A stretch of DNA of 62,515 bases, counting the filler, from an uncultured bacterium (GTDB lineage Bacteria > DYJV01): the NCBI GenBank assembly GCA_964543655.1. It is 4 parts of 4 records of this genome, joined end to end, with 100 filler letters (N's around TTAATTAATTAA, not from the genome) between each part and the next. Parts side by side here need not be neighbours in the genome. Positions count along the whole stretch, not along the records: positions 24,709 to 43,174 come from CAZIZE010000009.1; positions 43,275 to 51,280 come from CAZIZE010000014.1; 2 more parts are not named here. One strand, written 5' to 3'. The notes beneath the pieces are model-generated. The model was not told the DNA's origin. It did no database searches and saw only the letters and a program-made list of their open reading frames with translations. Shown here piece after piece: positions 38,432 to 47,698 of this stretch (its first letter is position 1; each line of letters opens with the position of its first letter). Both the position numbers and the translations under genes were made by a program.

Positions 38432-38499
38432 CTTTTTATTAAAATAACTTTAAATATCAAAATTTTTCTTGACTTTTGTTACAAATTTAATTAATGGGC

Positions 38500-38517
38500 G
38501 TTGACGTAAACGTCAAC
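38500..38517. promoter_or_regulatory. LiuR-like (MerR-family) operator
   Basis: GTTGACGT-AA-ACGTCAAC, a perfect 8-2-8 palindrome downstream of TTGACT (38469) and just before the SD. A MerR-family gene is in the same operon. Confidence 0.75.
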
Positions 38518-38537
38518 ATGAATTGAAGGAGGAAATT

Positions 38538-40442
38538 ATGATAGGAGCATTCGACCTTTTTCTTTTAAGTATCGCTATTTTTCTCTTTGGGCATGGATTA
38601 TTCAAAAGATTTCAAATGTGGCAAATGGGTAGGCCAGAAAACAGATTTGATGATGCCACTACAAGAGCTGGCGGCATCTTCCAAATTGGTTTTGGCCATA
38701 CAAGATTATTCAGAGAAAAATTACAAGGTTTCAGTCATTTTTTCATTTTTTACTCATGCTTAATCCCTTTTATTATTATAATTGCTGCACAAACCAATTT
38801 TACTCTTTCAAAACCTGTAGCAAACACATTATCTCTATTTCTTGATTTGCTCGGTCTTTCAGGCATTATTTGTACAATTATATTTTTTCTTAGAAGATTA
38901 TTTGTTAAAGATAAAGGTTTTGACACTAAAAATGAAGACTATCTCTCACTTATAATTGTATTTGCAATTTATTGCTCTGGTTTTCTTGTTGAAGGAGCAC
39001 GAATTGCAATAATGGGGCATGAATATGCCAAATATTCACCAATTGGAGCTTTTATTTCTCATTTTATCCCGGCTTCACCAGCGGTTTTAGCTGCAATCTG
39101 GCAGATTCACTTTATAATTGTGTTACTATTAATTGCATATATTCCATACTCTAAAATGTTTCACCTTGTAACCGGTCCTTTAAATTTATATTTTAGAAAT
39201 TTAAAACATAAAGGTTACATTAGAACAGACAACCTTGAAGAAATGGAAGAATTTGGAGTTAATAACATTGAGCAATACACATGGAAACAGCTACTTGACC
39301 TTGATGCATGTGTTAGATGTGGTAGATGTGCTGATAATTGTCCTGCCAACCTTACTGGCAAACCTTTAAATCCAAAGGAAGTTATCCAAAAATTAAAACT
39401 CTATATGGAAAATTACAATTCAGAGACAAAAGAAGAAATTATAAATAAAGTTTTATCAGAGGATGAAATCTGGGCATGTACAACATGTATGGCGTGTATG
39501 GAAAATTGCCCAATGATGATAGAACATATTAATAAAATTATAGATTTACGACAATACCTTGTTCTTATGGAAAGTAAAATGAGTAATGAACTTCAACTTG
39601 CATTTAGAAATATAGAAAACAATGGCAATCCTTGGGGTGTTGGTCAGGCAAACAGAGCTGATTGGACAGAAGGGTTAGATGTTCCAATAATGGCTGAAGT
39701 GGAAAATAAAGAGGAAATAGAATATCTTTTCTGGCCAGGCTGTGCTGGTGCTGTTGATGATAGATATAAGAAAGTATCAATTGCAATGGTAAATATAATG
39801 AAAAAGGCTGGTATTAAATTTGCCATTCTTGGCACAGAAGAAAAATGTTGTGGTGATCCAGCAAGAAAAGCAGGAAGTGAATATCTTTATCAAAATATAG
39901 CAAAAGAAAATATTGAGACAATGAATAATTACGGTGTTAAAAAAATTATTACAGCATGCCCTCATTGCTTTAATACTCTTGCAAAAGATTACAAAGATCT
40001 TGGTGGTAATTACGAAGTTATACACCATACCCAGCTAATCAATGACTTAATTGCTCAGGGAAAAATCAAAATAGATAAAGAGCTTAAAAAGAGAATTATT
40101 TACCATGATTCATGTTACCTTGGTAGATGGAACGATATTTACAATGAGCCAAGAGAAATTTTGCAAAGTATAAAAGGGGTTCAATTATTGGAATTTGATA
40201 GAAATAGAATTAAAGGTTTCTGCTGTGGAGCAGGTGGTGGAAGAATGTTTATGGAAGAGACAATTGGCGAAAGAATCAACAATGAAAGAGTTAAGCAGGG
40301 ACTTGAAAAAAAACCAGAAATTTTTGCCACAGCATGTCCTTTTTGCCTTACAATGATTAGTGATGGTATCAAAGAATTTAACAAAGAGGAAGAAATTGGC
40401 GCAAAAGACATAGCAGAAATTGTTGATGAAAATTCCAATTAA
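38538..40442 (+). CDS. Membrane-bound Fe-S oxidoreductase (FadF/HdrD/ETF:menaquinone oxidoreductase-like)
   Basis: NarI-like TM region with His residues; CVRCGRCADNCP and CTTCMACMENCP; two CCG domains (CCGDP, CCGAGGG). SD AGGAGG before ATG 38538. Confidence 0.88.
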   Translation: MIGAFDLFLLSIAIFLFGHGLFKRFQMWQMGRPENRFDDATTRAGGIFQIGFGHTRLFREKLQGFSHFFIFYSCLIPFIIIIAAQTNFTLSKPVANTLSLFLDLLGLSGIICTIIFFLRRLFVKDKGFDTKNEDYLSLIIVFAIYCSGFLVEGARIAIMGHEYAKYSPIGAFISHFIPASPAVLAAIWQIHFIIVLLLIAYIPYSKMFHLVTGPLNLYFRNLKHKGYIRTDNLEEMEEFGVNNIEQYTWKQLLDLDACVRCGRCADNCPANLTGKPLNPKEVIQKLKLYMENYNSETKEEIINKVLSEDEIWACTTCMACMENCPMMIEHINKIIDLRQYLVLMESKMSNELQLAFRNIENNGNPWGVGQANRADWTEGLDVPIMAEVENKEEIEYLFWPGCAGAVDDRYKKVSIAMVNIMKKAGIKFAILGTEEKCCGDPARKAGSEYLYQNIAKENIETMNNYGVKKIITACPHCFNTLAKDYKDLGGNYEVIHHTQLINDLIAQGKIKIDKELKKRIIYHDSCYLGRWNDIYNEPREILQSIKGVQLLEFDRNRIKGFCCGAGGGRMFMEETIGERINNERVKQGLEKKPEIFATACPFCLTMISDGIKEFNKEEEIGAKDIAEIVDENSN

Positions 40443-40457
40443 AGAAAGGAGTAGAAA

Positions 40458-41159
40458 ATGAAAAAGTTTTTTTTATATTTTACTATAAATCTTATGGCAA
40501 TGGTTATTTTAGCTGGTTTTACCTTTGCACAGAATTGTGCCAAATGCCATAAAAATGAAGCTATGCTGTTTAAAAAAAGTGTCCATTCATCAGAAATAGG
40601 ATGCACAGATTGTCATACAGAAGCTGATACAAAACATGGAAAAGGTTTTAAATCTCCTGTTAATTGCCTTGATTGTCATGATAAAATGGCTGGAGTGAAA
40701 AAGAGTGTTCATGCTAAAGCTCTTTTCAATAAAAAGGAAGGTGTTTTTATGTGTTACAAATGCCATGGAAAACACTTGATTTTACCTAAAAACAATCCTT
40801 TTTCAAAAGTAAATATTAACAACCTCAAAGATACATGTACATCATGCCATACCAATATCAAAAATTTTTGGGGTAAATTTAGAATTTCTGCTCATGAAAA
40901 ATTTGCTACTGGAGACAAATACACAGATTCCAACTGTCTTGCATGTCACCATGGTTCTGTTGTTCACGGTGAAAAGAATTTAGACCCAACATATTGTAAT
41001 AAATGCCACAATTCTCAAACTCTAAAATTTCACACACAGGCTATAAGTAGTGTTAGATGGTGGGATTTAATAGCTTTTCTCTTTTTCATTGCTGTAATCT
41101 TATGCATTACTTCAAGATTTTACAAATTAATTAATAAACGGAAAGAAAATGATAAATAA
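40458..41159 (+). CDS. Heptaheme cytochrome c with C-terminal membrane anchor
   Basis: Signal peptide; CAKCH, CTDCH, CLDCH, CYKCH, CTSCH, CLACH, CNKCH; C-terminal TM helix. Confidence 0.88.
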   Translation: MKKFFLYFTINLMAMVILAGFTFAQNCAKCHKNEAMLFKKSVHSSEIGCTDCHTEADTKHGKGFKSPVNCLDCHDKMAGVKKSVHAKALFNKKEGVFMCYKCHGKHLILPKNNPFSKVNINNLKDTCTSCHTNIKNFWGKFRISAHEKFATGDKYTDSNCLACHHGSVVHGEKNLDPTYCNKCHNSQTLKFHTQAISSVRWWDLIAFLFFIAVILCITSRFYKLINKRKENDK

Positions 41160-42324
41160 TTCACCTTTTAAAAATATTAAAGTTCTTGACCTTTCACGGT
41201 TATTACCTGGCCCATATTGCACAATGTTACTTGGCGATATGGGCGCTGAAGTCATAAAAATAGAGGACCCGGGGATTGGGGATTATTTTAGGAACTGGCA
41301 ACCTATAAAAAAAGAAAATAGCGTTTTTTTCATTGGTGTAAATAGGAATAAAAAATCCATAACTTTAAATTTAAAAAAGGAAAAAGGTAGAGAAATCTTT
41401 TATAAATTAGTAAAAGATGCTGATATTGTTGTGGAAAGTTTCAGACCAGGAGTTGCTGAAAAACTTGGAGTTGACTTTGAAACTTTAAGCAAAATAAATA
41501 ATAGTATTATCTACTGCTCTATAACAGGTTATGGACAAAACACATCTATTAAAAAAAAGGCTGGCCATGATCTTAACTACCTTGCTCTATCAGGTATTCT
41601 CAGTATTACTGGATGTAGAAATAAAAAACCAGCAATATTAGGCGTACAAATAGCTGACATGGCTGGTGCTATTGTTGGAATTATAGGTATTTTAACAGCG
41701 CTATTTAACCGTGAAAGAGGAGCAAAGGCTCAATACATAGATGCAGCTATGCTTGATGGCCTTTTCTCGTTTCTATCAATGGTTGGAGCAAAATATTTCT
41801 TTGATAGGCAAATTCCTGATATTGCAGATAATCTTTTTAATGGTGGTTTTGCCTGTTACAATATTTATGAGACAAAGGATGGAAGATTTTTCTCAGTAGC
41901 TCCTATTGAAGATAAATTTTGGAAAAGATTCTGTGAAGTTATGGGTAAAGAAGAGTGGAAAGGATTAAACACAAAAGAAGAGTATCAAGAAAAACTTATT
42001 GCTGAACTTTCTCAAATATTTAAAAGCAAAACTTTTGACCAATGGAGAGAAATTTTTGCAAAAGAAGATATATGTGTGGAGCCAGTTTTAAACCTTGAAG
42101 AAGCCTTTAATCAGCCATATGTTGAAGAAAGAAAAATTACATTTAAAATACCTGATCCAATTGATGGAGACACTGAACATATAAAAAATCCTCTTGAAAT
42201 AAATTCCATAAAATTTCAAAAAAATACTCACCCTAAATTTGGGGAAAATAATGAAGAAATTTTTTCAAAACTTGGATATACAAAAGAGGATTTAGAAAAA
42301 TTGAAACAGGAAGAGATTATATAG
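41149..42324 (+). CDS. Class III CoA-transferase (CaiB/BaiF, methylacyl-CoA racemase-like)
   Basis: VLDLSRLLPGP, NRNKKSI, ESFRPGV, GHDLNY, QIAD. Confidence 0.92.
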   Translation: MINNSPFKNIKVLDLSRLLPGPYCTMLLGDMGAEVIKIEDPGIGDYFRNWQPIKKENSVFFIGVNRNKKSITLNLKKEKGREIFYKLVKDADIVVESFRPGVAEKLGVDFETLSKINNSIIYCSITGYGQNTSIKKKAGHDLNYLALSGILSITGCRNKKPAILGVQIADMAGAIVGIIGILTALFNRERGAKAQYIDAAMLDGLFSFLSMVGAKYFFDRQIPDIADNLFNGGFACYNIYETKDGRFFSVAPIEDKFWKRFCEVMGKEEWKGLNTKEEYQEKLIAELSQIFKSKTFDQWREIFAKEDICVEPVLNLEEAFNQPYVEERKITFKIPDPIDGDTEHIKNPLEINSIKFQKNTHPKFGENNEEIFSKLGYTKEDLEKLKQEEII

Positions 42325-42326
42325 CA

Positions 42327-42746
42327 ATGAGCACTATTATCAAATCTTTTACATTTGACGAGAATAAAAAATACACAATTGGTGAGCTTGCAAAAAAATT
42401 ACAAACTACTCCAAGAACAATTAGATATTACGAAGAAATTGGACTTTTAAAAAAAGCGGACAGAAAAGATGGTGCTCAAAGGGTTTATGATGAAGAAGAC
42501 TATGTTAGATTGAAATTTATAAAAAAATTGAAACTTCTTGGTCTTAAACTTTCTCAAATTCAGGAACTTGAAAGACTTTATAGAGGCCATCAGAAAGATA
42601 AAAGCTATATTCCTCGCCTTATAGAAATGTTCGATGAAAAAATATTTGAAATAGATGAAAAAATTGCAAATTTACAAAGTTTAAAAGAGGATATATTAAG
42701 TTACAAAAAAAGGATCCTTGAAAAACTTCTTGAAGAGGAAAAGTGA
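42327..42746 (+). CDS. MerR-family transcriptional regulator (LiuR-like, no metal-binding Cys)
   Basis: YTIGELAKKLQTTPRTIRYYEEIGLL; coiled-coil C-terminus. Confidence 0.88.
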   Translation: MSTIIKSFTFDENKKYTIGELAKKLQTTPRTIRYYEEIGLLKKADRKDGAQRVYDEEDYVRLKFIKKLKLLGLKLSQIQELERLYRGHQKDKSYIPRLIEMFDEKIFEIDEKIANLQSLKEDILSYKKRILEKLLEEEK

Positions 42747-42763
42747 ATATAGAGTAGGTGTTG

Positions 42764-42912
42764 GTAGTTAGTAGTTAGTAGTTAGTAGTTAGTAGTTGGT
42801 AATTGGTAATTGGTAATTGGTAGATAATTGGTAGTGGTCGGTGATTAACTATTGGGAATTAATGACTATCAACAACTAATAACTGTTAATTAATAACTGA
42901 TAACTAATAACC
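42764..42912. repeat. Tandem heptamer array with a downstream complementary heptamer arm
   Basis: (GTAGTTA)x4, GTAGTTG and (GTAATTG)x3 at 42764-42819; CAACTAA/TAACTGA/TAACTAA units at about 42872-42912. Confidence 0.85.
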
Positions 42913-42929
42913 AAAAAGGGGGTTTATAT

Positions 42930-43174
42930 ATGGAAAAAGTTGTTATAGTTTCAGCTTGTAGAACTGCTATAGGGAATTTCAATGGTGCACTATCAGGTTT
43001 TTCAGCTACTGATCTTGGTGCAATGGCAATTGAAGAAGCAGTTAAAAGGGCAAACATTGAAAAAAACATGGTAGATGAAGTTATTATGGGTAATGTTTTA
43101 CCATGTGGACTTGGACAAAACCCTGGTAGACAGGCAATGATAAAAGCTGGTCTCCCTATGGAGGGTGGTGCAAT
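42930..43174 (+). CDS. Acetyl-CoA C-acyltransferase (thiolase), 3'-truncated by the contig end
   Basis: [12 protein letters not shown]...[10 protein letters not shown]...GQNPGRQA. Confidence 0.9.
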
Positions 43175-43274
43175 NNNNNNNNNNNNNNNNNNNNNNNNNN
43201 NNNNNNNNNNNNNNNNNNTTAATTAATTAANNNNNNNNNNNNNNNNNNNNNNNNNNNNNNNNNNNNNNNNNNNN
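43175..43274. other. Artificial contig spacer
   Basis: N run with TTAATTAATTAA. Confidence 0.97.
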
Positions 43275-43372
43275 ATTTTTCGGGCTAATGCCCTCAAAAT
43301 GACAGCTTTTATGGGAAATAGAAGCACCTGTGTAAAAAATTGCTGTTGGATTTTACATTTGGTTTTGTATTA
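43275..43372 (-). repeat. About 100-bp dispersed repeat, copy 2, at a contig edge
   Basis: Reverse complement aligns with 38259-38355. Confidence 0.8.
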
Positions 43373-43404
43373 TTTATGGTAACAAAATTTGGCAAAGGAG
43401 CGAT

Positions 43405-43824
43405 ATGAAGTATAAAATTTGTGTTATTGATGGTCAGGGTGGTGGCATTGGAAGTGCAATAATTAAAAAAATAAAAGAAGAGTTTTTTGATAAAGTTGAA
43501 ATTATTGCAATTGGTACCAATTCTATTGCTACTGCTGCAATGTTAAAGGCAAAGGCTAATAAAGGCGCTACAGGTGAGAACCCAATAAAAATTATAGCAG
43601 ATAAAGTTGATATAATAATAGGCCCTATTTCAATAATACTTGCAAATTCAATGCTTGGTGAGTTAACTCCTGAAATGGCAACAGCAATTGCTGCTTCACC
43701 TGTAAAAAAAATATTTTTACCTTTTACTCAGGAGAATATTGAAATAGTTGGATTGCAAACAGAGCCATTGCCACACATGATAGAAAAATTAATGTTGAGA
43801 CTTAAGGAGATTATAGATGTGTGA
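43405..43824 (+). CDS. DUF3842-family protein
   Basis: VIDGQGGGIG, GTNSIAT, GATGEN, ANSMLGELTPEMA. Confidence 0.85.
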   Translation: MKYKICVIDGQGGGIGSAIIKKIKEEFFDKVEIIAIGTNSIATAAMLKAKANKGATGENPIKIIADKVDIIIGPISIILANSMLGELTPEMATAIAASPVKKIFLPFTQENIEIVGLQTEPLPHMIEKLMLRLKEIIDV

Positions 43825-44011
43825 AGCAAATGTTTTCATTATTAAAGATAATAAAGAACAGCTTATAATGGAAGGAGCATTTATTATAAAAAAAGATGGG
43901 GATACCTGGTATTTTCAAAATATTTTTGGTGAGCAGGAAATAGTTAAAGGCAATGTTAAAGAGATTGATTTAATAGCTCATAAAATTACAATATTTCCCA
44001 TTTCCGATTAG
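43817..44011 (+). CDS. CooT-family nickel-binding protein
   Basis: 64 aa; begins MCEAN; IFGEQ and C-terminal AHKI. Confidence 0.8.
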   Translation: MCEANVFIIKDNKEQLIMEGAFIIKKDGDTWYFQNIFGEQEIVKGNVKEIDLIAHKITIFPISD

Positions 44012-45223
44012 CTAATTAGTAAGATTCTCATTGGAGAAAATGGACTCTCTTATTAGATTGGTAGTATTTGATGAATATTCTCCAGATTTTTCAATATTTG
44101 TTAAAAAATGATTTATCTTGTTTAGATAATTAATAAATTCTTCATTTGTTGATTGTAAACGCCCGAGCATCTGCAAAATAAGAGTACCTGTAAATTTTAA
44201 TTTTATCTGTTTGCTAAACTTAAAAAATTTATCTATTTTTACAATAATCGCAATGCTTTCCTGGTTGAACTTTACTGTGGCTGTTCTTTTTGGGTAGTTC
44301 CCTTTAATATTGCCAATTAATGCCATTTCTCCTACAAGAAATGTATCATTTAGCTCATTTATTTTTGTGTTATTTACAATAATATCCACACCACCTTTGA
44401 TTATTATGTAAAAACACCCATTATTTGCTTCACCCTCGTAGCAAAGAATTTCATTTTCATGAAATTTTACCCATTTTCCCTCTTTTGCAATATAGAATAA
44501 TAGTTTGTCATCATTTATTGAATTTATAATAGGTGCAATATATTTTTTTAAAAAATAGAATCTTTTATAAATATCTTCTTTATTGTTTAATAAATAATTT
44601 TGAATATCATCAATTATTAAATTTTTTGTTTTTTTATTTTTTTTGAAAAAAAGAGGACTGCTATTTAAAATTTTTTTTATTTCTTCAATAAGTTGACTAA
44701 TATCATATTTTGAATTTTCTATAAAATAGTTATTGATTTTACTGTAAATATTTGACAATTTTTCTAACTTCCCATTCATATATATTATTTTGTCAAATAG
44801 ATTTATTAAAATATTTTCCACAATTATTTCTTGAAGAGTTACAGAGTATTTGTTGAAATCAATTAAGTCTATTATAATAGCTTCCACTATTTCATTTGTG
44901 TAAATTTGGGATATTCTATAAAAATTTTTATCGCTATATATTAACTTTAAAAAACTTGTCTCACCAATTAAATATGGTTTTGATGGAATGACTTTTTTTA
45001 TAACTTTATCTTTATAAAGAATGTTAAAGCTACCATTTAAAATATAAAGTAGTGGATAGTTAAATTTTAATTTGTCAAGGTTAATTACTATGTTTGGCTC
45101 AAACGTATGAAAAGAGATGTTATTGAATAATTCTTTTATCTGTGAGCAATAATTTTCATATATAAAAGGAGTAGTAAGGTAAGACTTAACAAAAATCTCT
45201 TTAGTTTTGAGATTTTTTTTCAT
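44012..45223 (-). CDS. Protein with two cyclic-nucleotide-binding-like domains
   Basis: YILNGS...LIGETSF and YIIIKGGV...LVGEMAL...RTATV. Likely start MKKNLK at 45223. Confidence 0.7.
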   Translation of the reverse strand: MKKNLKTKEIFVKSYLTTPFIYENYCSQIKELFNNISFHTFEPNIVINLDKLKFNYPLLYILNGSFNILYKDKVIKKVIPSKPYLIGETSFLKLIYSDKNFYRISQIYTNEIVEAIIIDLIDFNKYSVTLQEIIVENILINLFDKIIYMNGKLEKLSNIYSKINNYFIENSKYDISQLIEEIKKILNSSPLFFKKNKKTKNLIIDDIQNYLLNNKEDIYKRFYFLKKYIAPIINSINDDKLLFYIAKEGKWVKFHENEILCYEGEANNGCFYIIIKGGVDIIVNNTKINELNDTFLVGEMALIGNIKGNYPKRTATVKFNQESIAIIVKIDKFFKFSKQIKLKFTGTLILQMLGRLQSTNEEFINYLNKINHFLTNIEKSGEYSSNTTNLIRESIFSNENLTN

Positions 45224-45264
45224 ATAAAAAATATAACATAATTTTAAAAAATTGACAAATCTTA

Positions 45265-45293
45265 TTGACATAAAAGGTTATTTAGTTTAAAAT
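45265..45293 (+). promoter_or_regulatory. Near-consensus sigma70 promoter
   Basis: TTGACA-17 nt-TAAAAT. Confidence 0.6.
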
Positions 45294-45430
45294 TTTTTAT
45301 TTAGTAAAAATAGAAGAGAGTATAGACTTAAGTAAAAGTTTTTTCACACTGTTTTTAATGATATTTTAAATTTTTGCTTATATTTTTTTACTGTGCAAAA
45401 CTCATTAATAACATTTTTAAAGGAGGGGTA

Positions 45431-45961
45431 ATGATAACTTTTTCCAATGAAATAGAGGTTGATGCTGTTATTAATATAGGTAAAATAATGTCTGTAGCTG
45501 CAAGGACAGCACCAAAAAGTAGAGGTATTGACAATATTTTAACTGCTCTTGTTACTGGTGAAGATATAGAAAAAATAAGAATGCAAATGAAGAGTTACGG
45601 AGAGGAGAAAGAGATACCATTTTTTGTAAGAGATTTTAAATGTAGTGAAGGTATTTATGCAATACTACTTGTTGGTGTTAGAAAAAATCCACTTGGTTTG
45701 CCAGATTGCGGTTATTGTGGTTTTTCAAATTGTAAAGAATGTAAAGATGCAGGAGCTAACTGTTTTTTTAATATAGTTGATTTAGGTATTGCTGTATCAT
45801 CAGCAGTGAATATGGCATCAAATTTAAAGGTAGATACAAGGATTATGTATTCAATAGGAAGAGCTGCAAGGGATTTGAAAATATTACCAGAAGAGTACAA
45901 TATTGTATTAGGTATTCCATTAAGTGCCACAAGTAAAAGTCCTTTTTTTGACAGAGAATAG
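45431..45961 (+). CDS. DUF2148-family ferredoxin-like protein
   Basis: AARTAPK, DCGYCGFSNC, DLGIAVSSA, DTRIMYSIG, KSPFFDR. SD AGGAGG before ATG 45431. Confidence 0.85.
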   Translation: MITFSNEIEVDAVINIGKIMSVAARTAPKSRGIDNILTALVTGEDIEKIRMQMKSYGEEKEIPFFVRDFKCSEGIYAILLVGVRKNPLGLPDCGYCGFSNCKECKDAGANCFFNIVDLGIAVSSAVNMASNLKVDTRIMYSIGRAARDLKILPEEYNIVLGIPLSATSKSPFFDRE

Positions 45962-46034
45962 TCTGGTTGGTACTTTATAGTTGTTACTTTTACATTAAAT
46001 ATTTACAAATTTGTTTTTTAACAAGGAGGATACA

Positions 46035-47204
46035 ATGGAAGAGTTTGAAAGAATAAAGAGATTACCACCATATGTTTTTGCTATAGTAAATGATTTAAAA
46101 ATGAAATTAAGAAGAGAAGGAGAGGATATAATAGATCTTGGTATGGGCAATCCTGATATTCCTACTCCTCAGCATATAGTTGATAAAGTAGCAGAAGCCA
46201 TTTATAATCCACGTAATCATAGATATTCTGCATCAAAAGGAATATATAAGCTTAGATTAGCTATTTGCAATAGATACAAAGAAAAATTTGGAGTTGAACT
46301 TGACCCTGAAACAGAGGCAATTGCTACAATTGGAGTGAAAGAAGGGTACTCTCATCTTGTTCTTGCAATTACAAATCCTGGCACAAGTGCAATAGTTCCG
46401 AATCCCTGTTATCCAATACATTCTTATGCAATTATAATTGCAGGTGGTGATGTTAGAAGTGTGCCCTTTGAAGAGGGTAGAGATTTTATAGAGGAAATAG
46501 AAAAAGTTGTTAAAAATTCGTGGCCTATTCCAGGTTATATTGTGCTATCTTTTCCACATAATCCAACTACTCTCTGTGTTGATTTAGAATTTTTTGAAAA
46601 AATAGTTGCTTTTGCAAAAGAGAACAATATGTTTATTATTCATGATTTGGCATATGCTGATATTGCTTTTGATGGATATAAGCCACCAAGTATTCTTCAG
46701 GTTAAAGATGCAAAAGATTGTTGTGTGGAATTTTATTCCATGTCAAAAAGTTACAGTATGGCAGGATGGAGACTTGGATTTGCACTTGGAAATAAAAAAT
46801 TAATACATGCACTTACAAGAATAAAAAGTTATCTTGATTATGGAGTGTTTCAGCCTCTACAAATTGCAGCAATTACTGCTCTAAATTCTGATCAGAGTTG
46901 TGTGGCTGAAATAAATGAAATATATAGAAGAAGGAGGGATAAGCTTATTGAAGGATTGAATAAAGTGGGCTGGAAAGTATCTCCTCCAAAAGCAACTATG
47001 TTTGTGTGGGCGAAAATTCCAGAACAATATATTCATATGGGCTCTCTTGAATTTTCAAAATTTTTAATTAATGAAGCAAAAGTTGCTGTTTCTCCAGGTA
47101 TAGGATTTGGAGAGTATGGAGATAATTATGTAAGATTTGCACTTGTTGAGAATGAAATGAGAATTCAGCAGGCTATTAGAGGAATTAAAAGGATTTTTAG
47201 ATGA
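46035..47204 (+). CDS. alaC: Class I/II aminotransferase (alanine transaminase AlaC-like)
   Basis: [41 protein letters not shown]. Confidence 0.8.
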   Translation: MEEFERIKRLPPYVFAIVNDLKMKLRREGEDIIDLGMGNPDIPTPQHIVDKVAEAIYNPRNHRYSASKGIYKLRLAICNRYKEKFGVELDPETEAIATIGVKEGYSHLVLAITNPGTSAIVPNPCYPIHSYAIIIAGGDVRSVPFEEGRDFIEEIEKVVKNSWPIPGYIVLSFPHNPTTLCVDLEFFEKIVAFAKENNMFIIHDLAYADIAFDGYKPPSILQVKDAKDCCVEFYSMSKSYSMAGWRLGFALGNKKLIHALTRIKSYLDYGVFQPLQIAAITALNSDQSCVAEINEIYRRRRDKLIEGLNKVGWKVSPPKATMFVWAKIPEQYIHMGSLEFSKFLINEAKVAVSPGIGFGEYGDNYVRFALVENEMRIQQAIRGIKRIFR

Positions 47205-47698
47205 TAGAAGCTGCTGTGCTTCTAATTATTTACAATAATAAAATTATTTTTATTAAAAGAAGAGCAGATTTAAAACAGCATTCAGGGGAAGTATCTTTTC
47301 CTGGTGGAAAGTTTGATCCAGAAGTAGATAACTCTTTGATGGAAACTGCTATTAGAGAGGTTGAAGAGGAGATAGGTTTATGCAGAGATTATTATAAAAT
47401 ATTGTATGAACTACCTGTACAGCAAACTGTTTCAACAAATTTTTTAGTGCATACTTTTGTTGCAAAAACTATAAGAGATAATATAGATTTCAAAATTAAT
47501 TGTGCAGAAGTTGAAAGGATAATTTTAATTCCAGTAAATCACTTTTTTAATGAAAAGAGAAAAGTAAAAGTCCCTTTAAAATTTAATAATAGTGTTTATT
47601 TAAATACATTTTACTATTTTGAAAATTATTTAATATGGGGAGCAACTTCAAGAATTCTTGATACTTTTTTAGAAAAAATAACCAATGAGAGAAATTGA
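47201..47698 (+). CDS. NUDIX CoA pyrophosphatase
   Basis: [11 protein letters not shown]...[21 protein letters not shown]. Confidence 0.88.
   Translation: MIEAAVLLIIYNNKIIFIKRRADLKQHSGEVSFPGGKFDPEVDNSLMETAIREVEEEIGLCRDYYKILYELPVQQTVSTNFLVHTFVAKTIRDNIDFKINCAEVERIILIPVNHFFNEKRKVKVPLKFNNSVYLNTFYYFENYLIWGATSRILDTFLEKITNERN

Noticed and set aside
42764-42912. Possible CRISPR array
   Set aside because: Units are 7-nt tandem repeats with no unique spacers, and no cas genes are present.
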